This document shows, one piece after another, positions 10,177-18,056 of a stretch of DNA of 29,128 nt (its first letter is position 1; the number at the start of each line of letters is the position of its first letter). Source of the DNA: a virus. Taxonomy: Duplodnaviria > Caudoviricetes. The translations under genes and the position numbers were made by a program. The notes under the pieces were generated by a model that was not told where the DNA came from, ran no database searches, and was given only the letters and a program-made list of their open reading frames with translations. Where the stretch lies: positions 1-29,128 of the IMG/VR virus record IMGVR_UViG_3300046779_000041; one strand, 5' to 3'.

Positions 10177-10485
10177 TTATCGAACAATGTACTTTAGTGC
10201 GGACACGAGATCAGTGATTGCTTCGTGTGCAGTGAAGTAAATATTCTTCTTCTCCCTGTTTCCTTTTTCTACGTTTACCATCCAGGTTGCCTTGAATGCC
10301 ATCTTAGCAGCAATTGCTTGCAGTCTTACGATTTCTACCGTTGCAACATTCAGTGGAATGTCTGGCTTAATAATAAGCTTGGCAATGAAGGTTAATGCTT
10401 CTGTTAGCTCTTCGTCATTCATAAAGTCAGCAATCTCTGAGAGACCGTTGACCATTTCTAGTGTCGTTTTGTTTTGCGTTTCCAT
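10177..10485 (-). CDS. Hypothetical helical protein (102 aa)
   Basis: Fills the gap in the same-strand gene array; preceded by TGGTATAAT-N6. Confidence 0.8.
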   Translation of the reverse strand: METQNKTTLEMVNGLSEIADFMNDEELTEALTFIAKLIIKPDIPLNVATVEIVRLQAIAAKMAFKATWMVNVEKGNREKKNIYFTAHEAITDLVSALKYIVR

Positions 10486-10491
10486 TGTATT

Positions 10492-10500
10492 ATTATACCA
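10492..10500 (-). promoter_or_regulatory. Extended -10 TGGTATAAT, 6 nt before ATG (leaderless start)
   Basis: TGGTATAAT-AATACA-ATG; the TAA inside the -10 is the stop codon of the upstream gene; no SD. Confidence 0.7.
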
Positions 10501-11101
10501 CGCTGTCGGCTTCTTGTATAGCCTGCTTTTCCTTACTTGACACTCTACCGCCAGTTACAAACCATGGAAGCAAGATGTCGTATAGCTCCACAAGAAGATT
10601 TACATCTTGAATCTGATACTTCTTCATCTCTTTCCAAGCCTTGTCGTCACCATTCATGCAGTCAATCCACAGACGGAAACCTGAGTGCTTTACCTTTGCA
10701 CCAACCTCAAGCTTCTGAGCCACATAGTCAAGCTTGTTAGATGGGAATAGGAAGTTAGCCTTTGTAATGCTCATAAGGTCTAGGTCCTTGGTTGGTGATG
10801 GTGGTGCCATCTTGTTCTCCAGGAACTCACGGTTAATGTGCTTGTGGTCAAATGCAGCAGAGTTCCATCCAACCAGTACGTCTGCTTCATCCATAAGCTT
10901 GTGCAGCTCTTCTAGCATAGCCTTCTTGCCATCGTGGTGTGCTGACTTAAAGATAACCTTCTTGTCGCCCAACCAACGTGCTCCAAAGCAAAGCATCTCA
11001 GTACTCTTAATGATCTGGTCAATGCTGATGTTCTGGTCAAATAGTCCCCAAGTATACACCTGCAATGGTGTTGTCTCAATGTCTAAAAATAGTGTCTTCA
11101 T
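10493..11101 (-). CDS. RNase H-fold (DEDD/YprB-like) 3'-5' exonuclease
   Basis: ExoI LFLDIET, ExoII GWNSAAFD, KLDYVA and ExoIII KYQIQDV motifs. Confidence 0.85.
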   Translation of the reverse strand: MKTLFLDIETTPLQVYTWGLFDQNISIDQIIKSTEMLCFGARWLGDKKVIFKSAHHDGKKAMLEELHKLMDEADVLVGWNSAAFDHKHINREFLENKMAPPSPTKDLDLMSITKANFLFPSNKLDYVAQKLEVGAKVKHSGFRLWIDCMNGDDKAWKEMKKYQIQDVNLLVELYDILLPWFVTGGRVSSKEKQAIQEADSVV

Positions 11102-11385
11102 TATTCTCCTTCGATGATTTGCTCTAGTAGAGATAGCTCTATTATCGCAAGTCTAGTTTTTGTATTACCTTCTCCAATTACCACGATGATAGCTGGATCG
11201 TTTCCATTTCTAATTGCGTCTGTTGTTGCCTTAGCCCAAACGTCTTTGTTTACTGTGAAAGACTTGCCAACCTCTTTAAAGTCGACTGTAAAGTTTTCCC
11301 AAGTAGCGTCACCCTTGTGGGTGCCACGTCCAGAATTCTTGTGCTGCTTAGCACCAATTCTTTTACTCTCGCTCTGTTCGCTCAT
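11101..11385 (-). CDS. Small PD-(D/E)xK nuclease, Hjc-like resolvase
   Basis: SE...NSGRG..KGD......VDFK..GKSF pattern in 94 aa. Confidence 0.65.
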   Translation of the reverse strand: MSEQSESKRIGAKQHKNSGRGTHKGDATWENFTVDFKEVGKSFTVNKDVWAKATTDAIRNGNDPAIIVVIGEGNTKTRLAIIELSLLEQIIEGE

Positions 11386-11548
11386 AGTCTTTCTTGCTCT
11401 TCTTGGTAGAAAGGTCTACCTTGCTCATGTGTTTCTGGCTGCACATCCACGTAAGGAGCTTATCTCCGCCATAGCAGCGGAGAGTAAGCACTTCTTCCTT
11501 ACATGTGTGACAAGGGAACTTCCCAGATATCACTACGTATTTAGACAC
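11363..11548 (-). CDS. Hypothetical small Zn-ribbon protein
   Basis: CHTC and CSQKH; GTG start overlapping the recA-like stop. Confidence 0.7.
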   Translation of the reverse strand: MSKYVVISGKFPCHTCKEEVLTLRCYGGDKLLTWMCSQKHMSKVDLSTKKSKKDYERTERE

Positions 11549-12551
11549 TTAGGACCTTCTCCTTTAGATAGTCTTGCAGGTCTAGGTCTTCCCTTACTCG
11601 TGCAACAAACTTTTCCTTACCTTGAAGTTTTTCATCTGTTCCAGGAATAATATACCATGCTCCAGTCCTTTCCACAATACCCATCATTTCAGCTGTGTCA
11701 ACCAGATCTCCAATTGAGTCTACACCAACATCGCCTCTAAAATAGAATGCGTACTCACCAGACTGGAAAGCAGGAGAGGTCTTAGAGAACTGAACTTCCC
11801 ACCTAATCACTCTACCTACCTTTTCCTCAATTAGTTTATCACCCACAGCAATCTTGCCCTTAATCGCTTGATTGTCTGATTCTGAGGAAAACAGTTTGAT
11901 AACAGTTGAAGAGTAGAACTTAGTAGCCTGACCACCAGAAGGCTGCTGACTAGTATACATAGCGTTAATATTATTCCTAGACTGGCTAATAAGAACAAGC
12001 ATAGTAGGCTTAACCTTATTATTAGCATAGTTAAGCATCTTCCAAGCGTTGCTAAAGTCACGTGACTCAGCACCGATCTGCTTCGTGTTTTCCAATTCCT
12101 TAAGTTCATCTGTTCCCTTTTCAAAGTAAATTGCAGGGAGCAATGAAGTAATTGAGTCAACCACAATAAGGTCAACACCAGCGTTCATAAGTGCAACACC
12201 TACGTCTACCATCTCATTGATAGTTCTTGCCTGAGATACAATCAGCTTGTCTGTATCTACCCCAAGACGTGCAGCCCACTCTTCTGAGTAGGACATCTCT
12301 GCGTCAATCCATGCACAGAGCTTGCCTTCTTGCTGAGCAAGGGCAATCATCTGAAGACACATGGACGACTTAGCAGAGGACTTAGATCCCCAAATTAGAA
12401 CCTGTCTACCATATGGTAGTCCTCCACCAAGTGCACGGTTTAGACCATAACTTGGTGTTGCCTGGTACTCAGTCTTAAATCCAACACCTGTAGACAGACG
12501 CTTACGAATCTTAGGATCTAGCTGCGCCAGAGCTTCTTCTACTGTTGTCAT
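11541..12551 (-). CDS. RecA/UvsX-like recombinase
   Basis: TPSYGLNRALGGGLPYGR, P-loop WGSKSSAKSS, WIDAE, LIVVDSI, LISQSR, GGQATKFYSS and GAWY motifs. Confidence 0.92.
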   Translation of the reverse strand: MTTVEEALAQLDPKIRKRLSTGVGFKTEYQATPSYGLNRALGGGLPYGRQVLIWGSKSSAKSSMCLQMIALAQQEGKLCAWIDAEMSYSEEWAARLGVDTDKLIVSQARTINEMVDVGVALMNAGVDLIVVDSITSLLPAIYFEKGTDELKELENTKQIGAESRDFSNAWKMLNYANNKVKPTMLVLISQSRNNINAMYTSQQPSGGQATKFYSSTVIKLFSSESDNQAIKGKIAVGDKLIEEKVGRVIRWEVQFSKTSPAFQSGEYAFYFRGDVGVDSIGDLVDTAEMMGIVERTGAWYIIPGTDEKLQGKEKFVARVREDLDLQDYLKEKVLSV

Positions 12552-12886
12552 TAGAAACGAACACCATGTCTTTCTGGTCTATCCTTGTTGATATTTGTCT
12601 TCTTTTCAAATGCGTAGTCTAGAGAAACCTTGGTATAACCATGCTCAACTAGACCTGCATATAGGTCAAAAGTACGAATAAGAATGTCTGCCATTTCATC
12701 TGCAATCTCCTCTTCGCCCTTGTCTTTACGAATAGCTTCCATAACCTCTACGGCTTCTGACACAATCATCATAAGCTGCTTGGTGATAAAGATATCTGTC
12801 TGCTCTTGCGTAGCGTCATCAACAACGCTCCAAAAGCCCTTCTCTACTGCAGTTGTATGCAGCTGCTCTGCAATGTCATCAAACAT
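12551..12886 (-). CDS. MazG-like nucleotide pyrophosphohydrolase
   Basis: SEAVEVMEAIRK...EEIADEMADILIRTFD: all-alpha NTP-PPase ExxE...ExxD signature. Confidence 0.85.
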   Translation of the reverse strand: MFDDIAEQLHTTAVEKGFWSVVDDATQEQTDIFITKQLMMIVSEAVEVMEAIRKDKGEEEIADEMADILIRTFDLYAGLVEHGYTKVSLDYAFEKKTNINKDRPERHGVRF

Positions 12887-15800
12887 GTACGTCCTCCATA
12901 ATTACTGTTCCATCTTTGGTTTTACCAAAATCAAATTTGTATGCGTTACCCTCTTGAACCTTCATGTATGCCTTTGAGAAGTTCGTTGGGAACACGGTTA
13001 CTGGGTGCAACTCTCTTGCAGAGTCTGCTAGAGTTAGTGTTGCCATTTTCTTACCTGCTTTAGTTACCCTTGGCTTGAATGAGATTACATACATCTCTTC
13101 ATCCTTGTATGGCAACTGCTTGTAGTTAAGAAACTTGACTAGTGCAGAATCGGTAGTCTTTAGATCGTCTACCTGAATCGCAGTAGTAATTCTGTTGTCG
13201 CTTGCTAGTAGCAAGTAGGTCTTACCTGGTTCGATAGTAGTCTGCTCTTCATCGAAGATACCAACACTACCAGTCTTATCTAGAATCTCTACACGGCTCC
13301 AGCCTTTACCACGCTTAATCGCCTTTACCATGCCCATCAGGATGAAGGAACCCTTCTCCTCAAAGTCCTCTACCCCAGATATAAATGCGTGGTAGTGGGA
13401 TGGCACAGTAATGTTAAACTCTGGTAGGTTTAGATACTCGTATAGGTGCTCACGAATTTCTTCGTCATTACGAGGCATGTCGGCAAAAGTAAGTGCGCCA
13501 ATCTTGCGCAATGCTTCTAGCTGTCTGCTAGTGACACCATTGCCTTTGCGTGAGAAGATTTCTTTGACCTGCTCATATGACGAGAACGGTCTGTTCTCAA
13601 TACAAACCTTAGCAGCATTATCAGAAATGTACTTAATGCTTGTTAGACCAAAGCGAATAGCCTTGCCCTCAATCTTGAAGTCAGCATCTGACTCATTGAC
13701 GTGAGGTAGACGAATAGGAATCCCCATACGCTTAGCTTCAATTAGATACTCAGTACGAGCATCCTTGTCTTTCTCATTCTTTAGCAGCGAGTACATAAAC
13801 TCAATTGGGTAGTAGTACTTCAACCATGCAGTCCAGTATGATACTGTGGAGTATGCTACAGCGTGGGACTTGTTAAAGGAATACCCTGCGTGTGCCTCAA
13901 AGTCGTGCCATAGCTCTTCTGCGGTCTGCTGAGCAAGGAATCTTGAAGCACCCTGAACAAACTTGTCCTGGAACTGCTTGAACTCCTTAGCATCCTTCTT
14001 CTTACCAATGATCTTACGAACCTTGTCAGCCTCAGCCATTGTCATACCGCCGAGTTCTGTACAAGCCTGCATAACCTGTTCCTGGTACAAGATGCAGCCA
14101 TAGGTTTCAGCAGTAAATGCCTTCATCACTTGGTGGTGGTATGCAATGTTCTGCTTACCGTGCTTACGAGCAATGTAATCCTTACCAATTGTATTGGCAG
14201 CACCTGGACGAACCAAAGCGTTAGAAGCTGCAAGCTCTGCAAAGTTTCTAACACCCATCTTTACAAGTAGGTTTGTATATGGCGTAGCTTCACACTGGAA
14301 CACACCCTTGGTAAATCCAGAAGATAGCATCTCGTATACCTTTGGGTCTTCCATATTCAATGAAAGGAGGTCTACCTTCTTCCCAGATCTGTCTTCAATA
14401 ATCTTAACAGTGTCCTGGATAACAGATAGGGTCTTTAGACCAAGTGCGTCAATCTTAATTAGACCAATACGCTCTGCTTCTTCCATGTCTACAGCTACTA
14501 CTGGAATGCGGTCACCAGATCCTGGAGACTGTCGAGTTTCCATTGGCGCATAGCGGAAGATAGGCTCTTTTGCGGTTACAACACCAGCAGCGTGGATACC
14601 AGTACCACGGATGCGACCACGAAGCTGCTCACCGTATAGCTCAATCTCTGGATACTTTTCACGGAACCACGCAGCCTGCTTTGAGGTGCAGTAGTCGTCC
14701 CACGTATCAATTACTTTAAGAACCTTGTTCACATCTGGTAGCGGAATGTTTAGCACACGTGCAATGTCACGGACAACACCCTTGTCCTTGAACTCAAGGA
14801 ATGTCGCAATAGATGCTACGTGACGATACTGACGAACTAGGTAGTCCTTTACTTCTTCACGACGTGAGTCCTGGATATCTGTATCAATATCTGGGAAGTC
14901 ATTACGCTCTGGGTTAATGAATCGGAAGAACAGTAGACCATGCTGAATTGGATCAATGTCTGTAATGCTTAGTGCGTAGCAAAGCAATGAGCCTGCAGCA
15001 GAACCACGACCTGGTCCAACCATGATGCCTTCTTTCTTAGCCCACGAAATCATGTTTCGTACAACCAAGAAGTATGGACCAAAGTTCTTATCGCTAATAA
15101 CCTTAAGCTCTTCATCTAGACGATCTAGGTATTCCTGCTTGCCGTCTAGACCTCGTACACGCAAACCTTCTAGGGCAAGGTTACGCAACTCCTCGTCTGG
15201 ATTCTGATACTGTACTGGTAGTAGGTTTTGGTGGTCAAGGATTTGGTAGTCCTCAACTTTATCAGCAATCTCATTAGAGTGGGCATAGATATCTTCACGA
15301 TCGATACCCTGAGCCTTCATGGCATTGTGCATCTCTTCATCAGAGAGGAGATGAATATCAAACTTATTAAATGACATCTGCCTGTCAGCACCGTACAGGT
15401 AGTCTAGCTTATCCATCAAGTTGTCGTGCTTTAGCGACTTCTCGTAAGTAGCATCTTTCTCAATCTTATTAGCATAAGTATTGAGGATTAGCTTTAGCTC
15501 CTGGATTTCTTTCTGACCAGTGTGTGAGTGGTGGCAGTCTGGAGTTACCACAGCCTTGACGTTGTATTCGTCAGCTAGCTGTAGGAGTTGTAGATTTACC
15601 TCTGCAGGATTGTGTGGCATTACCTCAATGTAGTAGTCGTCACCGAATACACGCTTGTGCCATTCAATGATTCTTTTAGCCTCTGCAAACTCTTCTGCCT
15701 CAATAGCCTTGGCTAGGGCACCAGAGAGGCACCCAGAGGTAACAACAAGTCCCTCCGAGTACTTCTCTAGTACCTCATAGTCAATGCGTGGCTTTTTATA

Positions 15801-16154
15801 AAACCCATCAGTCCACGCAATTTCGTTGAGCTTGTTTAGATTTTCTAGCCCAACCTTGTCCTTTGCAAGAAGGATAATGTGATTATAGATAAGATCAAGT
15901 GGACCCTTGCGTTCATCTTTATCACGTTGATCGAATCTATCCTCTGTAATATATCCTTCTACGCCCAGGATTGGCTTGATGCCCTTCTCCTTTGCAGCAC
16001 GATACATCTCTCGGTGCCCTGAGAGTGAACCATGATCTGTAATAGCAAGTGCAGACATACCAAGTTCTTGAGCACGTTCAACGTACTCTGCTGGTGTGGC
16101 AATGCCATCAAACAAAGAATAATGGGTGTGGACATGCAAGCCAATGTAACTCAT
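12879..16154 (-). CDS. dnaE: DNA polymerase III alpha subunit (DnaE-type, family C)
   Basis: PHP domain (HVHTHYSLFDG, AITDHG), GPGRGSAAGSL, PDIDTD, HAAGVV, GLIKIDALGL, GVFQ, YQEQVM, YSFNKSHA and C-terminal OB-like regions; no intein seen. Confidence 0.97.
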   Translation of the reverse strand: MSYIGLHVHTHYSLFDGIATPAEYVERAQELGMSALAITDHGSLSGHREMYRAAKEKGIKPILGVEGYITEDRFDQRDKDERKGPLDLIYNHIILLAKDKVGLENLNKLNEIAWTDGFYKKPRIDYEVLEKYSEGLVVTSGCLSGALAKAIEAEEFAEAKRIIEWHKRVFGDDYYIEVMPHNPAEVNLQLLQLADEYNVKAVVTPDCHHSHTGQKEIQELKLILNTYANKIEKDATYEKSLKHDNLMDKLDYLYGADRQMSFNKFDIHLLSDEEMHNAMKAQGIDREDIYAHSNEIADKVEDYQILDHQNLLPVQYQNPDEELRNLALEGLRVRGLDGKQEYLDRLDEELKVISDKNFGPYFLVVRNMISWAKKEGIMVGPGRGSAAGSLLCYALSITDIDPIQHGLLFFRFINPERNDFPDIDTDIQDSRREEVKDYLVRQYRHVASIATFLEFKDKGVVRDIARVLNIPLPDVNKVLKVIDTWDDYCTSKQAAWFREKYPEIELYGEQLRGRIRGTGIHAAGVVTAKEPIFRYAPMETRQSPGSGDRIPVVAVDMEEAERIGLIKIDALGLKTLSVIQDTVKIIEDRSGKKVDLLSLNMEDPKVYEMLSSGFTKGVFQCEATPYTNLLVKMGVRNFAELAASNALVRPGAANTIGKDYIARKHGKQNIAYHHQVMKAFTAETYGCILYQEQVMQACTELGGMTMAEADKVRKIIGKKKDAKEFKQFQDKFVQGASRFLAQQTAEELWHDFEAHAGYSFNKSHAVAYSTVSYWTAWLKYYYPIEFMYSLLKNEKDKDARTEYLIEAKRMGIPIRLPHVNESDADFKIEGKAIRFGLTSIKYISDNAAKVCIENRPFSSYEQVKEIFSRKGNGVTSRQLEALRKIGALTFADMPRNDEEIREHLYEYLNLPEFNITVPSHYHAFISGVEDFEEKGSFILMGMVKAIKRGKGWSRVEILDKTGSVGIFDEEQTTIEPGKTYLLLASDNRITTAIQVDDLKTTDSALVKFLNYKQLPYKDEEMYVISFKPRVTKAGKKMATLTLADSARELHPVTVFPTNFSKAYMKVQEGNAYKFDFGKTKDGTVIMEDVHV

Positions 16155-16161
16155 TAGTATC

Positions 16162-16824
16162 TTACCAATCGATGTTAGAAGATGAAGTTACAGATGGTGT
16201 GTCAAAGCCGAGGTAGTAAGCCTCCTGCTCTGCATAAGGAACCTTGTTCAATGCCGACTCTAGTGGGAATGGGCGAACAGAGTTCCAGTTAAATGGCTCC
16301 TGGTCTGGAGCAGTAGGAATCAGGGTGTAGCTGGTCTCAGTTCCCTGACCATTACGCTTTAGCTTCCAAGACAGGTTCGAGATTGAACCAGTCTCAAGAG
16401 CGTACTCACGAATAGTGTTGAACGCAGACTGCTTGCTTACACCCATTGACCAAATGGCAACATATGGTGCCTCAACGCCATCGTCTACTAGAACGTTGCA
16501 GTAGAAACGAAGGCGACCACGCCAACCTGCATTACCCTTTGGGTCCTTGCGGTACATCTCTTCAGCCCAGTCACGACCCTCTGTATCAGTGGTGTCGATA
16601 GCCTTGCGCTTGTAGTCCTTTGGGTTGGTGTGTTCCTTTACAACTAGAGCAAGACCACGCTCTTCGTTGTAGTTTGCGCTGTCCTCGTCCAGCTCCTCAA
16701 TGAAGCGGATCTTGACAGACTGACCGTCAGCTAGCTTGAGCCAGCGGACCTTTGGTGTGTTTTCGTCATACTTTGGCTTGTCAAGTAGTGCGTTGATGTT
16801 CTTTAGCCCTTTGATAACACTCAT
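16162..16824 (-). CDS. Single-stranded DNA-binding protein (gp32-like)
   Basis: WLKLADGQSVKIRF, WKLKRNGQGTETSYTL, acidic/aromatic end (NIDW); AGGAG SD; lies between primase and polymerase. Confidence 0.7.
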   Translation of the reverse strand: MSVIKGLKNINALLDKPKYDENTPKVRWLKLADGQSVKIRFIEELDEDSANYNEERGLALVVKEHTNPKDYKRKAIDTTDTEGRDWAEEMYRKDPKGNAGWRGRLRFYCNVLVDDGVEAPYVAIWSMGVSKQSAFNTIREYALETGSISNLSWKLKRNGQGTETSYTLIPTAPDQEPFNWNSVRPFPLESALNKVPYAEQEAYYLGFDTPSVTSSSNIDW

Positions 16825-16852
16825 GTTTTTCTCCTATATTTTTCTTGGTGTT

Positions 16853-17797
16853 TTAGTTTAGCATAGAGGCAATAGACTTGTCAAACGATACCTCTAATTT
16901 TTTGATGTCGTCGTCTTGCATATCGCCAATATCCTTATATTGTTTATTTAGTTGTATGACAGTAACACGAGATCCTAGCTTTTCAACTAGTCTATCCTTC
17001 ATGTTACCGCCTGCTTCATCATTATCTGCAACTATGTAGATATTGTTGAAATATTTTTGTAGTAGTTCTACCTGAACATTAGACACGTTAGCACCCAATG
17101 TTGCGACTGCTGGAAAGCCACACTGGTCCAACCTAATCGCATCAAACGATGACTCTACTACATACACCTTGCTGGATGCTCTTACCCTATGTAAGTTGAA
17201 TAGCACTTTTGACTTTGGTAGTCCAGGTGTATTTTTAAAATCTTTACCCTCCACAGATCTGCCAACAAATCCAACTTCCATACCATCTGGAGAGTGTACT
17301 GGAATTGTTACCATGTCCTGCTTTTCAGAATAGCCTAGGGCAAACTTCTTTACAGAGTCTTCTGTAATTAGCCTACCCTGGTAGTATCGCATAGCACGAG
17401 GTGACTCAAGTGCTTGCTGGTTAAGACGCTTTATTAGAACCTGATCATACTGGCTATATTCTGGAATAACAACAAGCTTCTTGTTTATTTCAGCAGACAA
17501 GTTTGTCTCTACTGACTTGCTCTTGATATACCTGACGGACTCAAAGTATGTTCTGCCTGTAGTGTGCATCACAAACTCTATGAGGTCTGCGACTTTGTGG
17601 CAAGAAAAGCAAAAGAATGTTCCAGAGAACTTGTCGATTTCTCCTGCAGGAGTTCGGTGGTTGCCATGGAATGGGCAGAAAATAATGTAGTCAGTATCTA
17701 CTTCGGATTCGACCGAGATTCCTGCGCCTGCAAGGACTCGCTTGATTTGCTCTTTTCCGTATAAATTACTGTCGTTTCGTCTATTCCTGATATCCAT
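16853..17797 (-). CDS. DNA primase (CHC2 Zn finger + TOPRIM)
   Basis: CPFH...FFCFSC, VVESSFDA, ATLGA, ADNDEAG and KDIGD motifs. Confidence 0.92.
   Translation of the reverse strand: MDIRNRRNDSNLYGKEQIKRVLAGAGISVESEVDTDYIIFCPFHGNHRTPAGEIDKFSGTFFCFSCHKVADLIEFVMHTTGRTYFESVRYIKSKSVETNLSAEINKKLVVIPEYSQYDQVLIKRLNQQALESPRAMRYYQGRLITEDSVKKFALGYSEKQDMVTIPVHSPDGMEVGFVGRSVEGKDFKNTPGLPKSKVLFNLHRVRASSKVYVVESSFDAIRLDQCGFPAVATLGANVSNVQVELLQKYFNNIYIVADNDEAGGNMKDRLVEKLGSRVTVIQLNKQYKDIGDMQDDDIKKLEVSFDKSIASMLN
16855..16884 (-). promoter_or_regulatory. Promoter inside primase 3' end: TTGACA-N18-TAAACT with TG extension
   Basis: TTGACA agtctattgcctctaTGc TAAACT; -10 is 30 nt upstream of the SSB start. Confidence 0.7.
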
Positions 17798-18042
17798 TCG
17801 CTCTGTCTTTTCCCTACGTATACTCCATATGATGATATTTTAAATTCAAAGTGGTTCTGTTGTTGATTATATTGTAGCGTAAAATCTGTGTTTATGTCAA
17901 GCCTTGGAACATATCCAGACAACCGCATTTCCGTAACTAGCAATCTGTGGTACTCTTGCCTTAGTCTAGGAAGTGCAGAGTCGTCATGGATAGTCCCTTC
18001 AAGGTGAAACCTTTTTATTGGCTTGTGATGTACGCTTTCCAT
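17698..18042 (-). CDS. Hypothetical protein (114 aa) overlapping the primase 5' end
   Basis: Fills the gap between helicase and primase; preceded by TATAAT-N7. Confidence 0.75.
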   Translation of the reverse strand: MESVHHKPIKRFHLEGTIHDDSALPRLRQEYHRLLVTEMRLSGYVPRLDINTDFTLQYNQQQNHFEFKISSYGVYVGKRQSEWISGIDETTVIYTEKSKSSESLQAQESRSNPK

Positions 18043-18049
18043 ACGTACT

Positions 18050-18055
18050 ATTATA
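18050..18055 (-). promoter_or_regulatory. -10 TATAAT 7 nt before ATG (candidate leaderless start)
   Basis: TAG-T-TATAAT-AGTACGT-ATG; the 14-nt intergenic gap consists of little else; no SD and no clear -35. Confidence 0.55.
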
Positions 18056-18056
18056 A

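Noticed and set aside
11114-11650. 178-aa plus-strand ORF with hydrophobic stretches
   Set aside because: Antisense to three overlapping minus-strand genes; the hydrophobicity mirrors Lys/Glu-rich sense codons.
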